Below are positions 40,024-61,533 of a DNA stretch of 64,000 bases, one piece after another. The notes beneath the pieces were generated by a model. The model was given only the letters and a program-made list of their open reading frames with translations, had not been told where the DNA came from and ran no database searches. The stretch spans positions 1 through 64,000 of the forward strand of contig NIVC01000526.1 of NCBI GenBank assembly GCA_002269645.1, written 5' to 3'. Numbering within the stretch: position 1 is the first letter of the stretch; every line of letters begins with the position of its first letter. The position numbers were made by a program, and so were the translations under genes. This DNA comes from Macrostomum lignano (Eukaryota).

Positions 40024-40714
40024 GCGTCCCCTACAGTGTCTGGCAGTCTCTAAAATGTTTCTTTTATGTCCTCTCAGTCTCAGTGCCGTCCCCAGGAAGT
40101 TCCACACTCGGCAGTCGGCACCATCGTGTGATCATTAAACAGTAAAAATTTGCTGAAGAGCTGTGTAACTGCTTCCTAAGCGAGCGGCAGTCAATTCTCG
40201 ATTATTCTTGACGATGTTTGTTAGCCAAAGACGAGGCTGAGAGAGTTTTGTTTGCCGCTATTTTTAAAGCAATTTTGTCGGTTTTCCAGCCATTCAGATG
40301 AAAATTGATGAACTTCCGGAAAAACGTCCGGTTCACTTTTTTTCAGGGGAGGGGATTCCTTCTGGCGGCTCAAGAAGAGCACTTTTATACTGGGATTTGA
40401 TGGGAGCAGCAAACTTCCTTATAGTATGAGCTGGACTTCTCAACGCTTTACCGCACTCAAGGAGACAGGCTGCTAGCTTTTTAATATCGCTTACCATATT
40501 GAAACTGTCTGATCCCCCAGTCTGGCAGCCTCCAGATTCCTCATCCCAAATGGATTCCTCATCATTGGCATCATCAAATATCCTCAGTTGCTCAGCTGCC
40601 CAACGCTCTCTTCAATTCAGCACTCGCTTCCTCTCTCGTCACATCTTTTACCTCAAATTCAACAGCTGACACGTCAGGCCAGTCAATGGGATGCTGTGGA
40701 GAATTGTACGGACA

Positions 40715-42711
40715 TATTATGAGGGAATATTCTGTAGCGGGGTATTTTGAGGGAATATTCGGTAGCGGGGTATTTTGAGGGAATATTCTGTAGCGGGGTA
40801 TTTTGAGGGAATATTCTGTAGCGGGGTATTTTGAGGGAATATTCTGTAGCGGGGTATTATGAGGGAATATTCTGTAGTGGGGTATTATGAGGGAATATTC
40901 TGTAGCGGGGTATTTTGAGGGAATATTCTGTAGCGGGGTATTTTGAGGGAATATTCTGTAGCGGGGTATTTTGAGGGAATATTCGGTAGGGGTATTATGA
41001 GGGAATATTCTGTAGTGGGGTATTATGAGGGAATATTCTGTAGTGGGGTATTATGAGGGAATATTCTGTAGCGGGGTATTTTGAGGGAATATTCGGTAGC
41101 GGGGTATTTTGAGGGAATATTCTGTAGCGGGGTATTTTGAGGGAATATTCTGTAGCGGGGTATTTTGAGGGAATATTCGGTAGCGGGGTATTTTGAGGGA
41201 ATATTCTGTAGCGGGGTATTTTGAGGGAATATTCTGTAGCGGGGTATTTTGAGGGAATATTCTGTAGCGGGGTATTATGAGGGAATATTCTGTAGTGGGG
41301 TATTATGAGGGAATATTCTGTAGCGGGGTATTTTGAGGGAATATTCTGTAGCGGGGTATTTTGAGGGAATATTCTGTAGCGGGGTATTTTGAGGGAATAT
41401 TCGGTAGGGGTATTATGAGGGAATATTCTGTAGTGGGGTATTATGAGGGAATATTCTGTAGTGGGGTATTATGAGGGAATATTCTGTAGCGGGGTATTTT
41501 GAGGGAATATTCGGTAGCGGGGTATTTTGAGGGAATATTCTGTAGCGGGGTATTTTGAGGGAATATTCTGTAGCGGGGTATTTTGAGGGAATATTCTGTA
41601 GCGGGGTATTATGAGGGAATATTCTGTAGTGGGGTATTATGAGGGAATATTCTGTAGCGGGGTATTTTGAGGGAATATTCTGTAGCGGGGTATTTTGAGG
41701 GAATATTCTGTAGCGGGGTATTATGAGGGAATATTCTGTAGCGGGGTATTTTGAGGGAATATTCTGTAGCGGGGTATTATGAGGGAATATTCTATAGCGG
41801 GGTATTTTGAGGGAATATTCGGTAGGGGTATTATGAGGGAATATTCTGTAGTGGGGTATTATGAGGGAATATTCTGTAGCGGGGTATTATGAGGGAATAT
41901 TCTATAGCGGGGTATTTTGAGGGAATATTCGGTAGGGGTATTATGAGGGAATATTCTGTAGTGGGGTATTATGAGGGAATATTCTGTAGTGGGGTATTAT
42001 GAGGGAATATTCTGTAGCGGGGTATTTTGAGGGAATATTCGGTAGCGGGGTATTATGAGGGAATATTCTGTAGCGGGGTATTTTGAGGGAATATTCTGTA
42101 GCGGGGTATTTTGAGGGAATATTCGGTAGCGGGGTATTTTGAGGGAATATTCTGTAGCGGGGTATTTTGAGGGAATATTCTGTAGCGGGGTATTATGAGG
42201 GAATATTCTGTAGCGGGGTATTATGAGGGAATATTCTGTAGCGGGGTATTATGAGGGAATATTCTGTAGCGGGGTATTATGAGGGAATATTCTGTAGCGG
42301 GGTATTATGAGGGAATATTCTGTAGCGGGGTATTTTGAGGGAATATTCTGTAGCGGGGTATTTTGAGGGAATATTCTGTAGCGGGGTATTATGAGGGAGT
42401 ATTCTGTAGCGGGGTATTATGAGGGAATATTCTGTGGCGGGGTATTTTGAGGGAATATTCTGTAGCGGGGTATTTTGAAAGAATGAGGGATTATATATGG
42501 TGGAGCGGGGTATTATGAGGGAATATTCTGTGGCGGGGTATTTTGAGGGAATATTCTGTAGCGGGGTATTATGAGGGAATATGGTGGAGCGGGGTATTTT
42601 GAGGGAATATTCTGTAGCGGGGTATTATGAGGGAATATTCTTTAGCGGGGTATTTTGAGGGAATATTCTGTAGCGGGGTATTTTGAGGGAATATTCTTGA
42701 GTGGGGTATTA
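40715..42711. repeat. 28-bp minisatellite (2 kb)
   Basis: gagggaatattctgtagcggggtatt(t/a)t units. Confidence 0.97.
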
Positions 42712-42713
42712 TA

Positions 42714-43437
42714 CCTTTTTGCGATCTAGTTTGCCAAAACTGCAATCAATTTTGCCCGCGGAAAAAATATCACTTACAATTTTGCTGTCTAGGCCAAGTC
42801 TGCTCAGTCATGACCAGAGTTTCAGCCACAGACAACTCTAAAACTGCAATCAATTTTGCCAAAACTGCGACCTAGCTTGCCCATAGCAAAGAAAACACCA
42901 CAGACATACATAGCAAGATCAAAGAATGGCCCAGCGTGGACCTTATAACACGATTTCAGCGAAGGACCGGCAGCGATTGATTCAAGTATATCAGGATGGA
43001 GAGGACTGGCAAGATTTCGGTAGGCTGTTGGGCATCTCACGAAGAACCGTGACTTACATAGTTGGACAATTCAACTCAACCGGTCGTATAGAGTCTCTGC
43101 CTCGCGGAGGTGCCTCGCGGAGGTGCCTCGTGGAGGTGCCTCGCGGAGGTCCCTTAACAATGCTATGATTGAGAGCATTTGTGCCTACGTCTACCATTAT
43201 AAACTCGCTGTTTATTGTTCACTGTTACAGTTTATTTCGTTACACTTCCGAATTGATTCTCAATAAAAATTCTTCTTCGCTTGCTATGGGCAAACTAGGT
43301 GGCAGTTTCAAAGAGTTGTCTGTGGCTGAAACTCTGGTCATGACTGAGCAGACTTGGCCTAGACAGCAAAATTGTAAGTGATATTTTTTCCGCGGGCAAA
43401 ATTGATTGCAGTTTTGGCAAACTAGATCGCAAAAAGG
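42714..43437 (+). mobile_element. Tc1/IS630-like non-autonomous element (724 bp), 126-bp perfect TIRs, TA TSD, HTH-only ORF 42926-43168
   Basis: 42714-42839 is the reverse complement of 43312-43437; TA at 42712-42713 and 43438-43439. ORF MAQRGPYNTISAKDRQRLIQVY..GRLLGISRRTVTYIV..GRIESLPRGG; AATAAA at about 43262. Confidence 0.9.
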
Positions 43438-43779
43438 TAAATTAGGGAGTATATCGAGATGAAAAGTACCTTAGACTAATTTAGGCCTGACTAATTCGAG
43501 CAGAGAACGAACTGAGGGGTTGAGTGCAGCTTTCAGCACTCGAAGACCGCAGCTCGAAGTGGCGCTCTGCCTCCTGGGAGTGAGGGGTTGCAGCAGACCT
43601 ATGTGGTGCTGATGACTGGCCACGGATGAGCTTGTTTGCACTGAGGGCTCTTGAAAGAAATTTTGTTTAAAGAAGAGAGAGAAAGTCAGCGTAACTTTTC
43701 TTCAAAGTCTAAGAAAAGATTTCTGCCCATCAAAGAGGAGTTGCATTGCCTGTAACACCCCATTCCCTCTTCTCATTCC

Positions 43780-46700
43780 CAAAATTCCCCAAAACTCACA
43801 ATATTCAAACTTCACATTCCTAAACCTCACATTCCTTAAACCTCCCATTCCCCAAATCTCATATTCCCAAATCTCACATTCCCAAATCTCATATTCCCAA
43901 ATCTCACATTTCCAAATCTCACATTGCCGAATTTCACATTCCAAAATCTAAATCCATCAAATCTCACATTCCTAAATCCCAGATTCCCAAATCTAAAATT
44001 CCCCGAATCTCAAATTCCCAAATCTCAAATTCCCAAATCTCAAATTCCCAAATCTCAAATTCCCAAATCTCAAATTCCCAAATCTCACATTGCCGAATTT
44101 CACAGTCCAAAATCTAACCTCCACCCCAAATCTCACATTTCCAAATCTCAAATTCCCAAATCTCAAATTCCCCAAATCTCAATTTCCCCAAATCTCAATT
44201 CCCCAAATATCAAATTACCAAATCTCAAATTCTCAAATCTCAAATTCCCAAATCTCACATTGCCGAATTTCACATTCCAAAATCTCACATTCCCAAATCT
44301 CAAATTGCCGAATTTCACAGTCGAAAATCTAAAATCCCCCAAATCTCACATTCCCAAATCTCAAATTCCCAAATCTCAAATTCCCGAATCTCAAATTCCC
44401 AAATCTCAAATTCCTAAATCTCACATTCCCCATATCTGACATCATTAAATCTGATGATATTCCCAAATTACATATTCCTGAATCCCACTCTCGGTAATGA
44501 AAATATAGTTTTTATGGAAAATCAAGTTTTCGACCATTCAAGTTCTTGTAACGATAAAAGTCATACACTACTTTAGTTACTAATGGTGAGTAGTGTGCTA
44601 TGAATTCGATAAGATGCCAAGGGAGCAGAAAAGAGAACTATAAGTACGAGAAGCATGCTAAGCACGCACATCTTGCAATTTTTTCTCCGCTGAAGACCAC
44701 TTTCTGCTGCTGGAATGTGAGATTTGGGAATGAGTTTTGGGAATGTGAGATTTAGGAATGTGAGATTTGGGAATGTGAGATTTAGGAATGTGAGATTTGG
44801 GAATGTGAGATTTGGGAATGTGAGATTTGGGAATGTGAGATTTGAGGAATTGGAGATTTGGGAATGCGAGATTTGTGAATTTGAGATTTGGGAATGTGAG
44901 ATTTGGGAATGTGAGATTTGGAAATGTGTGTTTGGGAATGTGAGATTTGGGAATGTGAGATTTGGGAATGTGAGATTTGGGAATGTGAGGTTTGGGAATT
45001 CAAGATTTGGGAATGGGAAATTTGTGAATTTGAGATTTGGGAATGTGAGATTTAGGAATGTGAGATTTGGGAATGTGAGATTTGAGGAATTGGAGATTTG
45101 GGAATGCGAGATTTGTGAATTTGAGATTTGGGAATGTGAGATTTGGGAATTAGTTTTGGGAATGTGAGATTTAGGAATGTGAGATTTGGGAATGTGAGAT
45201 TTAGGAATGTGAGATTTGGGAATGTGAGATTTGGGGATGTGAGATTTGGGAATGTGAGATTTGGGGATGTGAGATTTGGGAATGTGAGGTTTGGGAATGT
45301 GAGATTTGGGAATGTGAGATTTAAGGGGAATGTGAGATTTGGGAATGTGAGATTTGGAAATGTATGATTTGGGAATGTGAGATTTGGGAATGTGAGATTT
45401 GGGAATTCAAGATTTGGAGAATGTGAGATTTGGGAATTCAAGATTTGAGAATGTGAGGTTTGGGAATTCAAGATTTGGAGAATGTGAGATTTGGGAATGT
45501 GAGATTTGTGAATTTGAGATTTGGGAATGTGAGATTTAGGAATGTGAGATTTGGGAATGTGAGATTTGAGGAATTGGAGATTTGGGAATGCGAGATTTGT
45601 GAATTTGAGATTTGGGAATGTGAGATTTGGGAATGTGAGATTTGGAAATGTGTGTTTGGGAATGTGAGATTTGGGAATGTGAGATTTGGGAATGTGAGAT
45701 TTGGGAATGTGAGGTTTGGGAATTCAAGATTTAGGAATGTGAGATTTAGGAATGTGAGATTTAAGAATGTGAGATTTGGGAATGTGAGATTTGGGAATGT
45801 GAGATTTGGGGATGTGAGGTTTGGGAATTCAAGATTTGGAGAATGTGAGATTTGGGAATGTGAGGTTTGGGAATTGAAGATTTGGGAATGGGAAATTTGT
45901 GAATTTGAGATTTGGGAATGTGAGATTTAGGAATGTGAGATTTGGGAATGTGAGATTTGAGGAATTGGAGATTTGGGAATGCGAGATTTGTGAATTTGAG
46001 ATTTGGGAATGTGAGATTTGGGAATGTGAGATTTGGAAATGTGAGATTTGGGAATGTGAGATTTGGGAATGTGAGATTTGGGAATGTGAGATTTGGGAAT
46101 GTGAGGTTTGGGAATTCAAGATTTGGGAATGTGAGATTTAGGAATGTGAGATTTAAGAATGTGAGATTTGGGAATGTGAGATTTGGGAATGTGAGATTTG
46201 GGGATGTGAGGTTTGGGAATTCAAGATTTGGAGAATGTGAGATTTGGGAATGTGAGGTTTGGGAATTCAAGATTTGGAGAATGTGAGATTTGGGAATGTG
46301 AGATTTGGGAATGTGATATTTAAGGGGAATGTGAGATTTGGGAATGTGAGATTTGGAAATGTATGATTTGGGAATGTGAGATTTGGGAATGTGAGATTTA
46401 AGGGGAATGTGAGATTTGGGAATGTGAGATTTGGAAATGTATGATTTGGGAATGTGAGATTTGGGAATGTGAGATTTGGAAATGTATGATTTGGGAATGT
46501 GAGATTTGGGAATGTGAGATTTGGGAATGTGAGATTTAGGAATGTGAGATTTGGGGAATTTAAGATTTGGGAATGCGAGATTTGTGAATTTGAGATTTGG
46601 GAATGTGAGATTTGGGGATGTGAGATTTGGGGATGTGAGATTTGGGAATGTGAGACTTGGGAATGTGAGATTTGGGAATGTGAGATTTGGGAGATTTTAG

Positions 46701-46860
46701 ATTTTTGAAAGTGAAATTCGGCAATGTGAGATTTCGAAATATGAGATTTGGTAATTTAAGATTTGGGAATGCGAGATTTGTAAATTTGAGATTTGTGACT
46801 GTGAGAGTTTGGGAATGTGAGGTTTTGAGGAATGTTAGTTTTGGGGATTCTGAGGATTTT
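43780..46860. repeat. Two inverted 15-bp arrays (foldback-like arrangement)
   Basis: (attcccaaatctcac)n at about 43780-44440 and (gtgagatttgggaat)n at about 44715-46860, separated by about 280 bp of unique DNA. Confidence 0.85.
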
Positions 46861-47000
46861 AAATTTTCTTCAACGTTGAAATGCAGCGAGCATTATAGAA
46901 TGAAAATTTTGATTTAATATTTTATCCATGAATTTTAGCACTTCACATTGAAGTGGTCATTCACAAGACCATTGGGGTTAACGTAGTGTACAGTGACATT

Positions 47001-47100
47001 GTGGCTGTGCGGGACCTGGTGGACTCAGATCTATGATCCATGCACGAAAATCTTGGCCTTCGCAAGGTCACTACCCTCTGGGTGCCTCACGCACTCCTAC
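47001..47100 (+). pseudogene. Short mariner transposase fragment
   Basis: 47040-47096 translates to MHENLGLRKVTTLWVPHAL, matching the mariner WVPH(E)L motif. Confidence 0.6.
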
Positions 47101-47924
47101 GACTGGCTAATATCGTAGATCCAAGTCTGATATATTCTGCGGGAATAAAATCAAGTTCACAATGTCATTAGAACTGTCATCCATTCGCGTGTCAAACAGA
47201 GATTGCGTACCACTAGACTGTCACACAATGTCACACACGCCAGTGCCTGCCAACTTTCTTCACTGCCAACAAGCCAGCTAGAATCCGAGCTGAACTCTAT
47301 GCACATTTTTGAGTCCAGACTCATGCAGCTCCCACTGCGCCCAGCAACCATTTCTCATCAGCCTCCTTCATCCTTCAGTTTGCACTCATTCCACCCAATC
47401 TTCCCAAATCAGCTGCATCTCATTGGGAGGCCCGCGAGGACCGAGAAAGAAAGAGGAGATTCGATTTGGTGTTTCTGTTCTCTTCCGCCCCCGCCTCTGA
47501 GCTCTCTGCCTCTGAGCTCCCTGCCTCTGAGCTCTACCGGTTGCCACGGGCAACTTGGCTACGTTTGATTACTAAGCCTTTCTCCCAGCAGCTTCCCTGT
47601 TCCCTGAATTTCACTCCCCATCTTTCGCAATGCCCTTTAGTTGACCGCGGGGATCCACAGCCCTCTCCCGCTGCCCCCCTTCACCGCAGTGCCCTGAAGT
47701 TGGGCCCGCACTCCAGCCCATGGAGTGCTAGACTGAGCTATCTGGAGTGGAGACTGACTGGTCAAGCCTATTCCCCAACACAGAGTGATGCTTGGGCGAT
47801 TCTAAATTGAATCTAATATACTAAATAGGCTTTCCAATGTGCGCTTCTGACTGGTTTGTGGGATGGGGCGGCTGCAGCCTAGCGGTAAACGCGTTGACGT
47901 GACCATTATGACAGAGATTCATCC

Positions 47925-48872
47925 TAAAACAACGGTAGATTCATCCATCAACCATGGTAGATTCATCCTTCAACAATGGTAGATTCATCCTTCAACAATG
48001 GTAGATTCATCCTTCAACAATGGTAGATTCATCCTTCAACAACGGTAGATTGATCCTTCAACAATGGTAGATTCGTCCTTGAACAATGGTAGATTCATCC
48101 TTCAACAATGGTAGATTCATCCTTTAACAATGATAGATTCGTCCTTGAACAATGGTAGATTCATCCTTCAACAATGTTAGATTCATTCTTCAACCATGGT
48201 AGATTCATCCATCAACAATGGTAGATTCATCCATCAACAATGGTAGATTCATCCATCAACAATGGTAGATTCATTCTTCAACCATGGTAGATTGATCCTT
48301 CAACAATGGTAGATTCATCCTTCAACCATGGTAGATTCATTCTTCAACCATGGTAGATTGATCCTTCAACAATGGTAGATTCATCCTTCAACCATGGTAG
48401 ATTCATCCTTCAACAATGGTAGATTCATCCTTCAACCATGGTAGATTCATCCTTCAACAATGTTAGATTCATCCATCAACAATGGTAGATTCATCCTTCA
48501 ACCATGGTAGATTCATCCTTCAACCATGGTAGATTGATCCATCAACAATGGTAGATTCATCCATCAACAATGGTAGATTCATCCATCAACAATGGTAGAT
48601 TCATTCTTCAACCATGGTAGATTCATCCATCAACAATGGTAGATTCATTCTTCAACCATGGTAGATTGATCCTTCAACAATGGTAGATTCATCCTTCAAC
48701 AATGGTAGATTCATCCTTCAACAATGGTAGATTCATCCATCAACAATGGTAGATTCATCCATCAACAATGGTAGATTCATTCTTCAACCATGGTAGATTC
48801 ATCCATCAACAATGGTAGATTCATCCTTCAACAATGGTAGATTCATCCATCAACAATGGTAGATTCATCCTT
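47925..48872. repeat. 22-bp minisatellite
   Basis: caacaatggtagattcatcctt and variants. Confidence 0.96.
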
Positions 48873-49486
48873 GCAGTTCAAAATCAATATTTCGTGATTT
48901 GAAATCGGAACCTCTCTAGATGTGATTTTCTAGTACTCCGTGGCCCTGTCCCTGCTCATGCGCAGACAGACAGACACTCCCTATCCCCATTCAAAGCACT
49001 AATCGGGACTCTCAAAGGACGAAGCGATGCACTAAGGCTGGGCAACCTGCAGTTGGAATTCTTCGGGGTGGATGAGAATTGCAGAGCTTGTGGAGGGAAG
49101 GAGTGAAGGCTGGGAGGGAGGGTTACTGTGGGAAGAGTGCGGCTGCGTTGGGGTGTACTCTGTGCGCACAGGGGCTCTCCTCTCCCCCCCCTCTCCCCCT
49201 CGCTCTATTTTATTCCAACACTTCCTGAACTGCAGTTTGGCAAAGCCGTTTGTCAACCAAATAAGGCTTCCACTGCCAAGCCGATCTTCCTTTTAGGATT
49301 AGTACTATATCGCCAAGTAGAAATTTATACAGTTCAACTGACACTGTTTATACCGGTGCCTATTGACTAATTTGGCGTAAGTTTTGATTTATTGATAAAT
49401 TTCAGTAACGCGTGAGAAAGTTACCAAAACCAAGTTGTTCCTGTGTGTGTGTGTTGCACCGTTTTGCTGCACTTTATTTCTCATGG

Positions 49487-50480
49487 CGTCCTTGATTTCT
49501 CATGGCGTCCTTGATTTCTCATGGCGTCCTTGATTTCTCATGGCGTCCTTGATTTCTCATGGCGTCCTTGATATCTCATGGCGTCCTTGATATCTCATGG
49601 CGTCCTTGATATTTCATGGCGTCCTTGATTTCTCATGGCGTCCTTGATATTTCATGGCGTCCTTGATATCTCATGGCGTCCTTGATTTCTCATGGCGTCC
49701 TTGATATCTCATGGCGTCCTTGATATCTCATGGCGTCCTTGATATCTCATGGCGTCCTTGATATCTCATGGCGTCCTTGATTTCTCATGGCGTCCTTGAT
49801 TTCTCATGGCGTCCTTGATATCTCATGGCGTCCTTGATATCTCATGGCGTCCTTGATATTTCATGGCGTCCTTGATTTCTCATGGCGTCCTTGATATCTC
49901 ATGGCGTCCTTGATTTCTCATGGCGTCCTTGATATCTCATGGCGTCCTTGATATCTCATGGCGTCCTTGATATCTCATGGCGTCCTTGATATCTCATGGC
50001 GTCCTTGATTTCTCATGGCGTCCTTGATTTCTCATGGCGTCCTTGATATCTCATGGTGTCCTTGGCTTGATTTCTCATTGGCACGCTTGATTTTTCATGG
50101 GAATGCTTGATTTCTTATGGTGTCCTTGATTTGTCATGGTGTCCTTGATTTCTCATGGTGTCCTTGGCTTGATTTCTCATTGGCACGCTTGATTTTTCAT
50201 GGGAATGCTTGATTTCTTATGGTGTCCTTGATTTGTCATGGTGTCCTTGATTTCTCATGGTGTCCTTGGCTTGATTTCTCATTGGCACGCTTGATTTTTC
50301 ATGGGAATGCTTGATTTCTCATGGTGTCCTTGATTTCTCATGGTGTCCTTGATTTCTCATGGTGTCCTTGATTTCCCATGGTGTCCTTGGCTTGATTTCT
50401 CATGGGCATGCTTGATTTCTCATGGGCATGCTTGATTTCTCATGGGCATGCTTGATTTCTCTTGGGCATGCTTGATTTCT
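49487..50480. repeat. 19-bp minisatellite that degenerates towards its 3' end
   Basis: ctcatggcgtccttgat(t/a)t units. Confidence 0.96.
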
Positions 50481-50837
50481 CATTTCAGATTACCCACAAA
50501 CCTTGTCTATATATGAAAATTTGTCTATTTGCATTGCGTACGGCTGTATACTCGTACATTGTTAATCATAAATGCAGGATTTCGTTGGCGACTTCAATGA
50601 CTCAACCAAAAATATGTTTCTTCTCTCATTTCACTCTAAAGTTCAAAAGAGTTGAAAATGATCGGACCAGAAAATGTGCACTTTTGCCTCGAACTTAATG
50701 CGAGTTACCTTGGTTTGACCCACTCGCAGCTGTTTACATTGCGTTAGCTAGTTTATACTTTGTTTTACAGTCACGAGAATTGGTTGGCGAAGACAGACCA
50801 ACAGTGACGGTGGCTGCACTGCGCACAGTGAGCCTTC

Positions 50838-50872
50838 TATAAATAGAAAGCCAAATGACGCACTGAGCTCAG
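50838..50872 (+). promoter_or_regulatory. Candidate TATA box and initiator of the GRDP-like gene
   Basis: TATAAATA at 50838-50845, TCA 31 nt downstream, ATG at 51038. Confidence 0.4.
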
Positions 50873-51037
50873 ACTAAACACACGCAGGCTGTATGCCTTA
50901 CCCCTCTGACCCGCTGCATTCTACGAGTATATAGAGTTCCACACCCCACCAGTCCGCAGCAACTGCCAGTTTCTCTGTGAGATCGCAGCTCCCAGGGCGA
51001 AAACAACAACAGCAGCAATTGACAATAGAAGAAAATA

Positions 51038-59482
<8,445 letters not shown>

Positions 59483-60699
59483 GCTGAGCTGTCAATCAAA
59501 ATTAAAAAAGAGCGCGGAACTTTGCGGAGAGTTATTTCGACAAAAAAACACTTTTTTAATCTTATTGTTCTTACTTCTTATATATGAGTCACTTTTGTGT
59601 CTCCGATATAAATACAGATACAAGTTAGAGTTTCTCTTCTGCTCTGTCTATCACTGTGTCCCGGAGATCTAGTATCCTAAATCATCGCAGCCATTAATTG
59701 AAGAAATCTGCTTTCGCGGCTTTGTTATAGTCCTCGTGTAATTATTCAATAAATTTCTGAATTGAAAAATAAGAAACATCACTTATTGTCTTATTGACAA
59801 AGCTTTGCTATCCTGCATATCAATACTGATATATAAATTGTTTTATTGCACGCATCTGAGAGTTGCACAAGCTGCTGTAGTGATATAGTTGAACTATTAA
59901 TTCATATTTATATACACTGTAGATGGTGTTGTTCACAGTTTAGACAATGCAGGGTCTTGATCGTCTGTTGTCTGTCCGTCTGTCGCTATTTAGTTTTTTC
60001 TGCTGATATAAAAAGATCAAGTTGTTTATTCTTTATCCGTTTGTGAATCTTAACTGCACAGGCCCCACCTGCACAGTTAACTCTCTATAAAAATTGGTCC
60101 ATTTTGTCTATTAGCACCTGCTTACATGATGTCATACTCAGCTGTTATCTAGGCATTTTTGTATGTACTTGTAATTATGTTCATATTCTGCTATGAGCTC
60201 ATCTCTGTGCTCATATATTTCTCCCCAATTATCCTGCAGCTCCGTGCTTAACTTGAATAATCACCAATATTTTAATATCAACAAATTTCAATGCAGATTT
60301 ACAGAGAGGCGAAGCCTTGCGAGCAGTTCGAAGGAAGTTGATACCCAGCCAAGTACTACTCGATCAAAGAGCCTGACAGATCGAATGCAATAAAAACTTT
60401 CTCTCGGTACAAAATACTTTTTTTCGTAAGCCTGTCTAGATATGAATTTCTCAATCTGTGCTTCATTTATCGATTATTTCAATACTGTTTTTCCTAGGGA
60501 CAATGCCTGACTGCCTGATTATTTATAGTCAGCAGAAATATTCAGTAGTATTCAGCAGGCCAGTAGTATATCAAAGGACCTAGATTATGAAACTGCGTAC
60601 GGACCAGTCGGTAGGTAGGGACTGTGCAATCTGATTCCGCTAATTAGATTTCGTTATCTAATATATCTAACCTCAGATGTGCGCAACCGACAGCTCAGC

Positions 60700-60940
60700 C
60701 GCAGCTATTGCGCGGCGCATCTGAAGGCTGCGTACGGCTGTTCAGTCCAAGGACTGGGGGGTCGCCACACACAGCCTCAATTACCCCAGCTAATGCTGGC
60801 ACCCATTTTACAGCTAAGTGAACTGAAGCAATGCAGAGTTACATGTAAGTGTCTTGCTCAAGGACATAAATGTTCCGAGTGGGATCGGAAATCGAACCCC
60901 CGACCTTCCAGTCGTGAGTCTGACGCTCTGACCACTAGGA
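60700..60940 (-). mobile_element. tRNA-derived SINE with a V-SINE-like central domain
   Basis: On the minus strand: A-box-like TAGTGGTCAG (60937-60928), B-box-like GGTTCGATTTCC (60898-60887), then ccttgagcaagacac..ttcagttcacttagctgtaaaatgggtgcc, resembling my recollection of the V-SINE central domain. Confidence 0.65.
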
Positions 60941-61533
60941 TAAAACCTCTAACCGCTTGTTATAGAGCTTGACTGAAAAGATGAAGTATGCATATTAACC
61001 GACTACCTGTTTCCTAACTTCCTGCGTTGAGGGATTAATTAACGAGCTTTTGTTTCTCAAGCTCTTTGAGAAAATATAGGGGGTATGCGTAAGTTGAGCT
61101 GTAAATTTGATATCAACCTTTATCTTTATTCTGGATCTACATCGCGCGTTTTTGTTCCATGTTTAGTCATCTCTGATTACAGAAGCGCGCAGTCGAGTTT
61201 GCGGACAAACAGAGGAAGCAAATCAGGATTTCTGAATTCCTTTTTGTATGTCAAAACAAGCGCAGAAAGTGTGAGTCTTACTGAGACTCTGGCCGACTGA
61301 AAACTGGAGCGGCAGTTTCTGGTTCACTTTCTAGACACTTCTACAGTGAGTTTGCTCAGTTTTTAATAATCAACTAAGCCTAATATTTCCATTTGGAGAT
61401 GATCCGCACTCGATAGTGTAGTGTGGGAGATGATATTTGTGTCTCAATCAAGAGTAAGAACAGTACATATTTGAACTTAATTTTACGCGTAGGCGTAATT
61501 AACATGAAGTAGCCAGTCAGACAGAGGCACGTG

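Noticed and set aside
38920-46917. SLQCPF, GNVRF and SQISH repeat ORFs
   Set aside because: Translations of the 11-bp and 15-bp arrays.
60885-60940. tRNA gene
   Set aside because: A and B boxes are present, but I could not build a full cloverleaf, and the sequence runs into a SINE body.
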